DNA of 55,631 nucleotides from an uncultured Mycoplasmatota bacterium. GTDB lineage: Bacteria > Bacillota_I > Bacilli_A > RF39 > UBA660. Below, piece by piece: positions 47,477 to 55,631 of this stretch (position 1 is the stretch's first letter; each line of letters opens with the position of its first letter). The DNA is taken from positions 1 through 55,631 of the forward strand of contig CAMMBL010000003.1 in the NCBI GenBank assembly GCA_946494015.1, given 5' to 3'. The translations under genes were made by a program, and so were the position numbers. A model generated the notes under the pieces. That model was given only the letters and a program-made list of their open reading frames with translations. It had not been told where the DNA came from and ran no database searches.

Positions 47477-49324
47477 TTAATCCTTCTTTACTCTTAATAT
47501 TCTTAAAGCATTAATGATAGCGATAACAGAAACACCAACATCGGCGAATACAGCTGCCCACATTGTAGCAATACCGATGGCACTGAATAACAATACTACT
47601 ATTTTAACAGTAATAGCAAAGATAATATTTTCTTTTACTATTTTCATTGTCTTTTTACTTATTTTAATAGTACTTGCTAGTTTAGAAGGCTCATCTGTCA
47701 TAATGACAATATCAGATGCTTCTATCGCAGCATCACTACCAAGACCTCCCATTGCAACACCAATATCTGATAAAGCAAGAACTGGAGCATCATTAATACC
47801 ATCTCCGATAAAGACTAGTTTACCATATTCGCTTTTTTCTTTCATTAAAGACTCTACTTTTTTTACTTTATCCTGAGGAAGTAGTTCAGCATAATATTTA
47901 TCTAGCTTTAATTCTTTTGCAACATTTTTACTAATTTCTTCTCTATCTCCTGTTAACATTACTATTTTCTTAACATTGTTTTTTCTAAACTCTTTTACCG
48001 CTTTATAAGCATCTTCTTTAATTTTATCAGAGATTATAATAGTACCAGCGAAAATTTTATCAATAGCAATATAAATGACCGTTCCAATATCATTACTCTT
48101 AATATAGTCAATATTATACTCTATCATTAACTTTTCATTACCTACTAGAACTTCTTTAGACTCTACTTTTGCTATTACACCTTTTCCTTTAAGTTCTTTT
48201 GTTTTCGTAACTTGCTTTTCATTTATATCTTTACCATAAGCTTCTTTTATAGATAAGGCAATTGGATGATTAGAATAATTTTCAGTATAACTTGTATATC
48301 TTAATAAATCTTCTTTAGAATAACCTATAGGATTAACTTTTTGAACTTCAAAAATACCTTCGGTTAGAGTTCCTGTTTTATCGGACACTATAATTTCAGT
48401 ATTAGCAAGATCTTCTAAATAATTACTTCCTTTTACTAAAACACCTATTTTAGAAGCTGCACCTATTCCTCCAAAGAAACTCAAAGGTATTGATATTACT
48501 AAAGCACAAGGACATGAAACAACTAAAAATGATAAAGCTCTATATATCCATATTTTAAAAGAAGTATCTAATATTAAAGGCGGAATTAATGCTAGGAAAA
48601 TAGCAATTATTACAACGATAGGAGTATAATATTTAGCAAATTTACTGATAAAGTTTTCTGATTTAGATTTCCTACTACTAGCATTTTCTACTAAGTCTAA
48701 GATTTTACTGACAGTAGATTCACCATACTCTTTAGTTACTTTAACTTTTAATATTCCTTCATTATTAATACAACCGCTTAATACCTCATCATTAACACTT
48801 ACACTTTTTGGAACTGCTTCTCCTGTAAGGGCAAGAGTATTAAGAGTAGATGGACCTTCTACGACAATACCATCTAAAGGTATCTTTTCACCTGGCTTTA
48901 TTAAGATAATATCCCCAACTTTAACTTTATTAGGGTCTACTCTTTCAGTCTTTTTATCATGATAAAGATTAGCATAGTCAGGTCTTATATCCATAAGTGA
49001 TGCCACACTCTTTCTTGATTTATCAACAGCATAACTTTGGAATAATTCTCCTACTTGATAAAATAGCATTACAGCGACTGCTTCAGGAAACTCGCTAATA
49101 AAAAAGGCTCCAATGGTGGCAATAGTCATTAAGAAGTTTTCATCAAAGACTTTTCCTCTTGTAATGTTTCTTAAGGCTTTTAAGATGATATCATAACCTA
49201 CTATTAAATAAGCACTAATAAATAAAATATTTTTAATAATACTATAATTTAAAATCATAGCAATTATCAAAAGAATAAACGCTATAATAATTCTAATTAA
49301 TTTCTTCTTCATTTTTTTAGTCAT
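47477..49324 (-). CDS. cadA: Zn/Cd-transporting P1B-2 ATPase lacking an N-terminal HMA domain
   Basis: FDENFLM.IAT.GAF, TGE, SCPCALVIS, DKTGTLT, K and ADVG transmembrane signature. Confidence 0.9.
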   Translation of the reverse strand: MTKKMKKKLIRIIIAFILLIIAMILNYSIIKNILFISAYLIVGYDIILKALRNITRGKVFDENFLMTIATIGAFFISEFPEAVAVMLFYQVGELFQSYAVDKSRKSVASLMDIRPDYANLYHDKKTERVDPNKVKVGDIILIKPGEKIPLDGIVVEGPSTLNTLALTGEAVPKSVSVNDEVLSGCINNEGILKVKVTKEYGESTVSKILDLVENASSRKSKSENFISKFAKYYTPIVVIIAIFLALIPPLILDTSFKIWIYRALSFLVVSCPCALVISIPLSFFGGIGAASKIGVLVKGSNYLEDLANTEIIVSDKTGTLTEGIFEVQKVNPIGYSKEDLLRYTSYTENYSNHPIALSIKEAYGKDINEKQVTKTKELKGKGVIAKVESKEVLVGNEKLMIEYNIDYIKSNDIGTVIYIAIDKIFAGTIIISDKIKEDAYKAVKEFRKNNVKKIVMLTGDREEISKNVAKELKLDKYYAELLPQDKVKKVESLMKEKSEYGKLVFIGDGINDAPVLALSDIGVAMGGLGSDAAIEASDIVIMTDEPSKLASTIKISKKTMKIVKENIIFAITVKIVVLLFSAIGIATMWAAVFADVGVSVIAIINALRILRVKKD

Positions 49325-49326
49325 TA

Positions 49327-49551
49327 TTAAATCTCCTCAATACTAACATCTGGTTCTTCTTTTCTTATTATCTTTTTTATTTGTTTTAAAGCATTATTTA
49401 AATTATTTTCGTAACAACTAAAAACTAAACTTTCCATCATAAAATTAATAGAAACATTGTCTATTAAAGTAATTTTTCTTAAAGCTTCCTCTAATTCATT
49501 AGCACAGTTTACACAGTCTAAACCTTCTATTTTAAATTTGTAATTTTTCAT
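49327..49551 (-). CDS. Stand-alone HMA metal-binding domain protein
   Basis: FKIEGLDCVNCANELE; its 3' end contains the GAGGAG RBS of the ATPase. Confidence 0.85.
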   Translation of the reverse strand: MKNYKFKIEGLDCVNCANELEEALRKITLIDNVSINFMMESLVFSCYENNLNNALKQIKKIIRKEEPDVSIEEI

Positions 49552-49565
49552 ACTACTCCTTCTTT

Positions 49566-49928
49566 CTAATTTTTATGATTAATATGCTCTAGGCCTATTT
49601 CAAAAAGTTTTACAATATGATCATCATCTAAAGTATAATAAACTTCTTTACCGCTTCTTCTACATTTAACAATCCCACTTTCTCTTAAAGTTGCTAATTG
49701 ATGAGAAACACTCGATTTAGTCATATTCAAAACATTAGCAAGATCACAAACACACATTTCATCTTGATCAAGAGCAAAGAGAATTTTACATCTTGTTGTA
49801 TCACCAATTAATTTAAATAACTTAGCTAGTTGACTAAATGTAATATCTTTGGGTATTTTCTCTAAAACTTTATTAACAATATCTTCATGAATAATATTAC
49901 AATCACAAGTAAATTCATTTCTAGACAT
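49566..49928 (-). CDS. ArsR/SmtB (CadC/ZiaR-like) metalloregulator
   Basis: CDCNIIH, FK.IGD.TRCKIL, EMCVCDLA, SSVSHQL..LR, RRSGK.VYYTL.D.HI. Confidence 0.92.
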   Translation of the reverse strand: MSRNEFTCDCNIIHEDIVNKVLEKIPKDITFSQLAKLFKLIGDTTRCKILFALDQDEMCVCDLANVLNMTKSSVSHQLATLRESGIVKCRRSGKEVYYTLDDDHIVKLFEIGLEHINHKN

Positions 49929-49956
49929 TTTTACACCCCTTACTATTATATTATTA

Positions 49957-50015
49957 AATAGTTGAATACACTCTCAACTATTATTAGTATAATTGAATAA
50001 TTATTCAATTGTCAA
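49957..50015 (-). promoter_or_regulatory. Metal-operon promoter with two ArsR/SmtB-type operators
   Basis: Palindrome AATTGAATAATTATTCAATT (49991-50010; TGAA-N6-TTCA core) between TTGACA and TATACT; second repeat AATAGTTGA-N8-TCAACTATT at 49957-49982. Confidence 0.75.
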
Positions 50016-50074
50016 CAGTTAATATTTAATAATATTTGAATCTAACTAATCTTTGAATTATAATATAATTAGAG

Positions 50075-50905
50075 GTGATATTTTTGATAGTATGTCCAAA
50101 TTGTCATACTGAAAATGATGATGATGCTAAATTTTGTAAAAATTGTAGTTATTATTTCTTAGAAACTAATAATGAAAATAATAAAAAAGAGAAAACTAAA
50201 AATTCTAAAGGAAAAGTAAAAAAGAAAACTAAAACGAAAAATAAAGTTAAGACTAAAGTAAAAAAAGAAAAAGCTAATAGAAATAATACTAATAGAGAAA
50301 ATCACAATTTCTTCACTAAATTTCTTTTATTCTTTTTTATACTTATTAGTTTAATACTAATCGCTGTTACTGCTATTTTTGCCTACAATTATTATCAAGA
50401 ACAAAACATTATAGTACCAAATGTACTAGGTTATTCAACTAATGAAGCAAAAGAAGTATTAAAAGAAGCAAAACTTAGTTATGAAATAAAAGAAGAAGAA
50501 ACAACTAACGAAAACGAAATTGGTCTTGTTATAAAACAAAATAAAAAAGCTGGATCAAAAGTCCATGAAAATACCATTATTACTTTAACTATAGGTATAT
50601 TAGATAATCATATTATTGTACCAAATGTTGTAGGAATGCCTATAGAAGAAGCTCTTAATCTTTTAAATAATGATGGTATTGCATATCAAATTATTTATCA
50701 AGAAACTTCTACTGATAATGACAAAGTTTTAAAACAAAGTATAAAAGCTGGAAAAAAAATTGAAAAAACAGAAATAATAACTCTAACCGTTAATAAAAGT
50801 ATTGAAGAAAAGAAAGATACTATTAGTAAAGACGATGAAGATGAAGATATTACTGATAATAAAAATACTATTGATAATAATGATAATTCAACTAAATCAG
50901 AATAA
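50075..50905 (+). CDS. Zinc ribbon + Lys-rich linker + TM + two PASTA domains
   Basis: CPNC......A.FC.NC; VPNVLG.S..EA...L and VPNVVG...EEA...L PASTA repeats; no kinase domain. Confidence 0.8.
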   Translation: MIFLIVCPNCHTENDDDAKFCKNCSYYFLETNNENNKKEKTKNSKGKVKKKTKTKNKVKTKVKKEKANRNNTNRENHNFFTKFLLFFFILISLILIAVTAIFAYNYYQEQNIIVPNVLGYSTNEAKEVLKEAKLSYEIKEEETTNENEIGLVIKQNKKAGSKVHENTIITLTIGILDNHIIVPNVVGMPIEEALNLLNNDGIAYQIIYQETSTDNDKVLKQSIKAGKKIEKTEIITLTVNKSIEEKKDTISKDDEDEDITDNKNTIDNNDNSTKSE

Positions 50906-50946
50906 AAAAACAAAAAGATATAATGATCACATGTTATATCTTTTTA

Positions 50947-51987
50947 TTAATCTAAATTTTTACTATCAACATTAGCCTTATTTACAACCACTTTAGTTTC
51001 AGGATTAAAACAAGAAGGTAATAATTGTTTAAGATATATCGCTTCATATGGAACAGTCTTATCATAAGGTAAATTATTTATCGATTTCAACTCATCAGAA
51101 AGTCCATCATTAAGATTTAAACGTAATAAATAATTATTTTTAATAGAATAATTATTTAAATAATAATCATAGCGACTTAAACCATCTAAAAATTTATTAG
51201 CATCTAACTGTTCACCTTCAGGTACAGCAATTGTAACAGTAGGAGCATTACTAACAACATTTTCAATATCTGAAGGAACTAATTTCGTATTGTCTTCTGA
51301 AACACTATAAACTCCACGCTGTATACCACTACCAATAACATCAGCCTCATTAAATGATGAAACTAATCCTAATGCCAACAAATCTGAATTAGTATTGCCA
51401 GAATTATAATTACCTATAATTTTAGGAACCTTTCCCTTATAAGAAGTCAAAGCAACATAAGTTTCAACATCACTTACATCCAAACTATTAATATCTCTAA
51501 CTTCTACTTCTAAACCATCATTAGTTAATTCATTAGATAATCCTTCAATTTGTATATCAGATACTCCATCATTAACTAAAACTAAATCAAGACTAGATAA
51601 CTCACTAATATTAGTTTCAATAACATTATCAAAGTCATCATTATTATTAATATTATTTTCTTCATAAGTAATACTTATATTATTAGAAGATATTGTCTTA
51701 TCCTTACTTAAAGAATTAGCAAAAATACCTGCTGCTAAAGCAGCAGCTGATATACCTATAATCATTCCTACAATCTTTTTCTTATTAACAACATATTTCT
51801 TATGAGAACATTTTGCAACTTCTTTAGTAACTACAACATTTCTTGCAATAAATCTTTCATAACGATCCCTATTTCCTTCAATAGGAAAAAATTCAATCTC
51901 ATCTTTATTATAATCAGTTCCCGTTTTCTTTAATTTCCTTTTTTCTATAATTCTTTTCCCATCACCAATATTAATAATCTCAGCCAT
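50947..51987 (-). CDS. Hypothetical single-TM protein (346 aa)
   Basis: Basic N-terminus, TM at about residues 70-90, Asn/Asp-rich linker. Confidence 0.7.
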   Translation of the reverse strand: MAEIINIGDGKRIIEKRKLKKTGTDYNKDEIEFFPIEGNRDRYERFIARNVVVTKEVAKCSHKKYVVNKKKIVGMIIGISAAALAAGIFANSLSKDKTISSNNISITYEENNINNNDDFDNVIETNISELSSLDLVLVNDGVSDIQIEGLSNELTNDGLEVEVRDINSLDVSDVETYVALTSYKGKVPKIIGNYNSGNTNSDLLALGLVSSFNEADVIGSGIQRGVYSVSEDNTKLVPSDIENVVSNAPTVTIAVPEGEQLDANKFLDGLSRYDYYLNNYSIKNNYLLRLNLNDGLSDELKSINNLPYDKTVPYEAIYLKQLLPSCFNPETKVVVNKANVDSKNLD

Positions 51988-51995
51988 ATTATCAC

Positions 51996-52391
51996 CTACT
52001 TCTTACCTTTATTAGCTGCTATTTCTCTAAGTAAATTTATAATTTCACCCATACCATAAATTAAACTACAAAAAACAAAGCTACATAGCCAAAATAAAAT
52101 AGTTAAAGATAAATTATATTCTGTTTTTGTACAAGTATCAAACAAATTAGAAGTCTCACTACAAGCGGGAAATAAATTACCTAAAATTACACCAGCAATA
52201 AATAAAAATATAAATAAACAAACTGCCAACTGTTGATAAAAATTATAATTTCGTTTTTTTTGAACTTCTTTACTAATCTTTTTCAATCTAGGTAATTCTT
52301 TACGTTCTTCGTCTATTTCATCAAACAGATCCTTCATTTTTTTCCTCCTTTTTATCAGTTTCCTTCTTTTTAGAATTATTCTTACTAACAT
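51996..52391 (-). CDS. Two-TM membrane protein with a Cys pair in the loop
   Basis: Likely start MKDLFDE after GGAGG; FPAC......TC loop; GMGEIINLL.EI tail. Confidence 0.7.
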   Translation of the reverse strand: MLVRIILKRRKLIKRRKKMKDLFDEIDEERKELPRLKKISKEVQKKRNYNFYQQLAVCLFIFLFIAGVILGNLFPACSETSNLFDTCTKTEYNLSLTILFWLCSFVFCSLIYGMGEIINLLREIAANKGKK

Positions 52392-53034
52392 TTTTATTAT
52401 CTATGTATTCTTTATACAAATAAATATATCTAATAAATAAGAAATTATACATACTTTCTAACAGATAAACAACAACATCTTCAAAGCTATTAACTGAAAC
52501 TAATGAAACAATCAAACTAATTCCTATAATTCCAACTAATAAATAATAATATTGTCCATTTTCTATTTCAGAAAGAGGACTATCAAAAAGGCCTAAATCT
52601 TTTCCAATAACAGTATTACTAAAAAAAGAATAACCAAAATAAAGAACAATCAATACATTAAATGCTAAACTTAAAATAGAACTAAAACCAAATGATTGAA
52701 ATATAGTAAATAAACTAGCAAAAGCTGAAAGCAAGTAAAATATAAACATAATTACATTTAAATAATCAAAATATCTTTTACCAACTTTAGTTCTAATTAA
52801 AATAAAATAAATCAAAGCTACCAAATATATACTATTTTGATTTATAATAGATCTAAAAATTTCTGTAGCACTCAAATGACTTTGAATAGCAAAAGATTGT
52901 GATAAAATAATTAAAACTATTAATAAACCAATCATAATAAATGTAATAATATTTGGACTATCAAAAAAGTCTTTTTCATTTTTTCTACTCATATAAACCT
53001 CCTTATCCTCCTTAATTATAACATAAAAAGACAA
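52321..53034 (-). CDS. Polytopic membrane protein
   Basis: About six hydrophobic segments; likely start MSRKNE after GGAGG. Confidence 0.7.
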   Translation of the reverse strand: MSFYVIIKEDKEVYMSRKNEKDFFDSPNIITFIMIGLLIVLIILSQSFAIQSHLSATEIFRSIINQNSIYLVALIYFILIRTKVGKRYFDYLNVIMFIFYLLSAFASLFTIFQSFGFSSILSLAFNVLIVLYFGYSFFSNTVIGKDLGLFDSPLSEIENGQYYYLLVGIIGISLIVSLVSVNSFEDVVVYLLESMYNFLFIRYIYLYKEYIDNKNVSKNNSKKKETDKKEEKNEGSV

Positions 53035-53050
53035 AAACCATCATATAAAT

Positions 53051-53662
53051 TTAATTAACTAGCACACGTTTACGATAAGCTTTCTTCTCTTTAACTTCAT
53101 AATCTTTTTTTATTTCTTTTAAATTATTATATTTACTACCATAACTATCCATAACTAATCTTATAAATAAATTCTTTTCATAATATCCATTTAATAATTG
53201 TTTACCATCTTTAAACAAAGTATAAAGAACAGTAACATCAACATGAGATCCTTTTTTTTCTTTAAAAGACCAATCACTAACTTTATAAATATTATAATCT
53301 TTTTTTGTTATATCCTGATTATAAATCAAATAATCTCCACATCTAAAAGTAACAAGTCTCTTATCATCTTTAAACTCAACCTTAGAATCATAAATATTAC
53401 AAAATTCATCATCCGAAAAAGTATTTTTCATATTAGTAACTAAATTATCATTTATCATTTCATATAAATATACAGTTTCGTCATTATAATTAATAGCATT
53501 AATACCAATTATCTTTGCATTATATTTAAAAACTTGAAAACTAGTTTGTTTATCAACATTAATAACTATTAATAAAACAATTACTGTTATAATTAAGCAA
53601 ACAAAAACAATAACTAAAAACTCATACGTCCCACTACCACGTTCTTTAAATAATTCTCTCAT
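53051..53662 (-). CDS. Hypothetical protein with prepilin-like N-terminus
   Basis: KERG-SGTYE-FLVIVFVCLIITVIVLL (Gly -1, Glu +5, hydrophobic helix). Confidence 0.55.
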   Translation of the reverse strand: MRELFKERGSGTYEFLVIVFVCLIITVIVLLIVINVDKQTSFQVFKYNAKIIGINAINYNDETVYLYEMINDNLVTNMKNTFSDDEFCNIYDSKVEFKDDKRLVTFRCGDYLIYNQDITKKDYNIYKVSDWSFKEKKGSHVDVTVLYTLFKDGKQLLNGYYEKNLFIRLVMDSYGSKYNNLKEIKKDYEVKEKKAYRKRVLVN

Positions 53663-55368
53663 ATTTTTTTCAACTTACTTTCAATATTATCATCAACTAT
53701 TTTTAAGGTTTCAATACTTAATTTAAAAGAACTCTCATAATCACCTTTATAAAATAAATTAGTGGCTCTATTAAGACCAGTATTTATCTCCTCATACAAA
53801 AATCTATATCTATTTCCATAAACTATTACCATTTCACTAAGTTTAGCTTTCTTAATCATATTTAAAGTTGTATTATATAATTTTAAAACTAAGTCCCTTG
53901 CTGTATCAACACGAGTATTAAGAGTTTTTATTACAATAGGTTTACGAGATAATTCCTTTACAATTTCCAAAATTGCTTCATTTGCTTCACTAAGTTCCAC
54001 AAAATAATTATCACTAATAATAGGCAATTTAAACTCTCTCATCTTTTCTTTACATTCACGTAATAGTTTATCAATTTCTTCTAATTGTTCCCTTGCTCTT
54101 TGTTCATCTTCATACATATTGCCAAGAGATTTTAAAGCAACATCCAAAGTAGATTCAGTTTGTTTAAGTCTAATTGTAAGATCATCCACTTCTTTAGTAA
54201 TTAAAGAATAAGGTGTTGCAAAGTTTTTAACTCTGCCAATTATATTTTTATAATCATCCTTTATAGATGTTAAATCTTTATTAACTTCATAAATGATATT
54301 AACATCTTCTTCATTAAGATCATACATATTTTTTATATCATCTAATTGTTCATAAATATCTGTTACAATCTTATCAGTTTTCTTTAATTTTTTAGCAAAA
54401 TCTTTAATACCTTCTTCATAAACCTTACGTGAAAGTCTTTCTTTCTCAAAATCAACAAAAATACTATCTAAATAATCTAAAATTGTTTTTAACTCAAACA
54501 TACAATCTTCAAGATTTAAAACTTTAATACGATCAAGAATAGTATCAACATTTTTCTTCGATTCTTTTAAATTATAATCAAGATTTAAATATTCTATAGG
54601 ATAACCTTTTTCAATCATATCTTCACTAGTATCTTCGATTTCTTTAATTCGTTTAGGAATTAATTGTTTACACATCAACATTAAATCAGGAACTTCAGAA
54701 ACAACAATTTCCATATGTTCAATCATAGTATCTAAAGCTTTAACAATATGTACAACATCACTATACATATTATCATCCATGGCTTTTTCAAATTCTAAAA
54801 ATCTTTTTTCTATATTTTCAAGTTGCAATTCAATAGCTTCACTCATTTCTTCATAAAGATTTTTATGTTCATTATACTCTTTATTTAAAGCCCTATATTT
54901 AGTTTTAAGCTTACTAATAATACTCCGATATTTTTCTTCACTCAAGGTAATTTCTTTTATTTGATCTAATAAATCATCAGCTTGTTCTCTTAATTTATAG
55001 ACTTCCATTTCACATTTAGCAATTCTAAATTTAGCTGTTTTATATTCTTTTTTAGCAATTAAAGTATCTAAATCTATAAGCATATCGTCAATTTTAGGTA
55101 AGTCTTCATTTTTAATGATATCAAATCTTTCTTCCCATTTTTGATATTTTTCTTCCATTTTTTCATTTTTTACAATAGGCTCTAATTTAGATAATTCTAA
55201 AAGAACAGGAGTACTCCCAATTAAATTTTTCTCACGTTCTAATTCATTATATATATTTTGATAATACTTCTTTTGCTTACTTTTTAAAATAGTGATAATA
55301 GCAATTACTAAAATCAAAACTACAATAATACCAACAACAAACAAAAGTGTATGACTCATTACTATCAC
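53659..55368 (-). CDS. ezrA: Septation ring formation regulator EzrA
   Basis: N-terminal TM, long acidic coiled-coil spectrin-like repeats, C-terminal SEMVIVYGNRYR equivalent to the QNR patch. Confidence 0.88.
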   Translation of the reverse strand: MIVMSHTLLFVVGIIVVLILVIAIITILKSKQKKYYQNIYNELEREKNLIGSTPVLLELSKLEPIVKNEKMEEKYQKWEERFDIIKNEDLPKIDDMLIDLDTLIAKKEYKTAKFRIAKCEMEVYKLREQADDLLDQIKEITLSEEKYRSIISKLKTKYRALNKEYNEHKNLYEEMSEAIELQLENIEKRFLEFEKAMDDNMYSDVVHIVKALDTMIEHMEIVVSEVPDLMLMCKQLIPKRIKEIEDTSEDMIEKGYPIEYLNLDYNLKESKKNVDTILDRIKVLNLEDCMFELKTILDYLDSIFVDFEKERLSRKVYEEGIKDFAKKLKKTDKIVTDIYEQLDDIKNMYDLNEEDVNIIYEVNKDLTSIKDDYKNIIGRVKNFATPYSLITKEVDDLTIRLKQTESTLDVALKSLGNMYEDEQRAREQLEEIDKLLRECKEKMREFKLPIISDNYFVELSEANEAILEIVKELSRKPIVIKTLNTRVDTARDLVLKLYNTTLNMIKKAKLSEMVIVYGNRYRFLYEEINTGLNRATNLFYKGDYESSFKLSIETLKIVDDNIESKLKKI

Positions 55369-55450
55369 CTCTACTATACCATAATAACATAAACTAACAT
55401 TTTCTGCTACTTAAATTCAGATATTTTTAAAACCTTTTTAAGATGAAGAT

Positions 55451-55575
55451 CTTGACAAACTAATCTTTTCATAATATGATATTAGAGCATATTTACTTGA
55501 AACAGCAATGTTTTACTTTATTCAATGTGTTTTCTAAATTTATAGTAACTTTTGTGCTGTAAAGTGAAAGAAATA
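55451..55575 (+). promoter_or_regulatory. Sigma-A promoter and structured leader divergent from ezrA (possibly the rpsD leader)
   Basis: TTGACA near 55452 and TATGAT downstream; ACAGCA...GTAAC...TGCTGT pairing. The downstream gene is outside the window. Confidence 0.3.
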
Positions 55576-55631
55576 CTCCCTAGTTTGACAGTTTTGTTAT
55601 AAAAATCCTTGCAACCCTAGATAAAATCTAG

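Noticed and set aside
49324-49551. Frameshift or pseudogene splitting the HMA domain from cadA
   Set aside because: Two consecutive TAA triplets, a proper GAGGAG RBS and an ATG indicate a deliberate two-gene arrangement.
39538-53443. Short ORFs 39538, 44003, 44599, 47514, 50698, 53198
   Set aside because: Antisense or out-of-frame within larger well-supported genes.
1-55631. CRISPR array or rRNA genes
   Set aside because: No regularly spaced repeat-spacer pattern or rRNA signature was seen; the only periodic repeats are the LysM coding units and Asn/Asp-rich linkers.

Overview
AT-rich 55.6 kb chromosomal window from a low-GC Bacilli-type (Firmicutes) genome; recA-pgsA-rodZ, gpsB-rnpB, recU-ponA-nth-dnaD, the pheS T-box, cwlJ and ezrA suggest a probably spore-forming, RF39-like gut lineage (inference). 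The main finding is a 4,133-bp element (11254-15386) inserted at a GGAGATA core inside the 4th LysM repeat of an amidase-LysM gene. Excising it in silico restores an in-frame 6-LysM protein and creates a near-perfect 16-2-16 attP (CATAAAAATTGTATCT-CC-AGATACATTTTTTATG). The element carries a large serine recombinase, a cascade of small ORFs (candidate directionality factor), an RP4-like oriT nic motif but no relaxase, and a Shedu-like nuclease coupled to a gluzincin peptidase. Other unannotated structure: a 104-bp MITE with 8-bp target duplication splitting an XRE regulator next to an SPFH/CFI-box operon, a complete-looking type I toxin-antitoxin locus, a Fic gene with a small upstream antitoxin-like ORF, and a SapI-like HNH restriction gene facing a fused double N4-cytosine methyltransferase beside tRNA-Trp. 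All family assignments come from motif recognition by eye; no searches were run.
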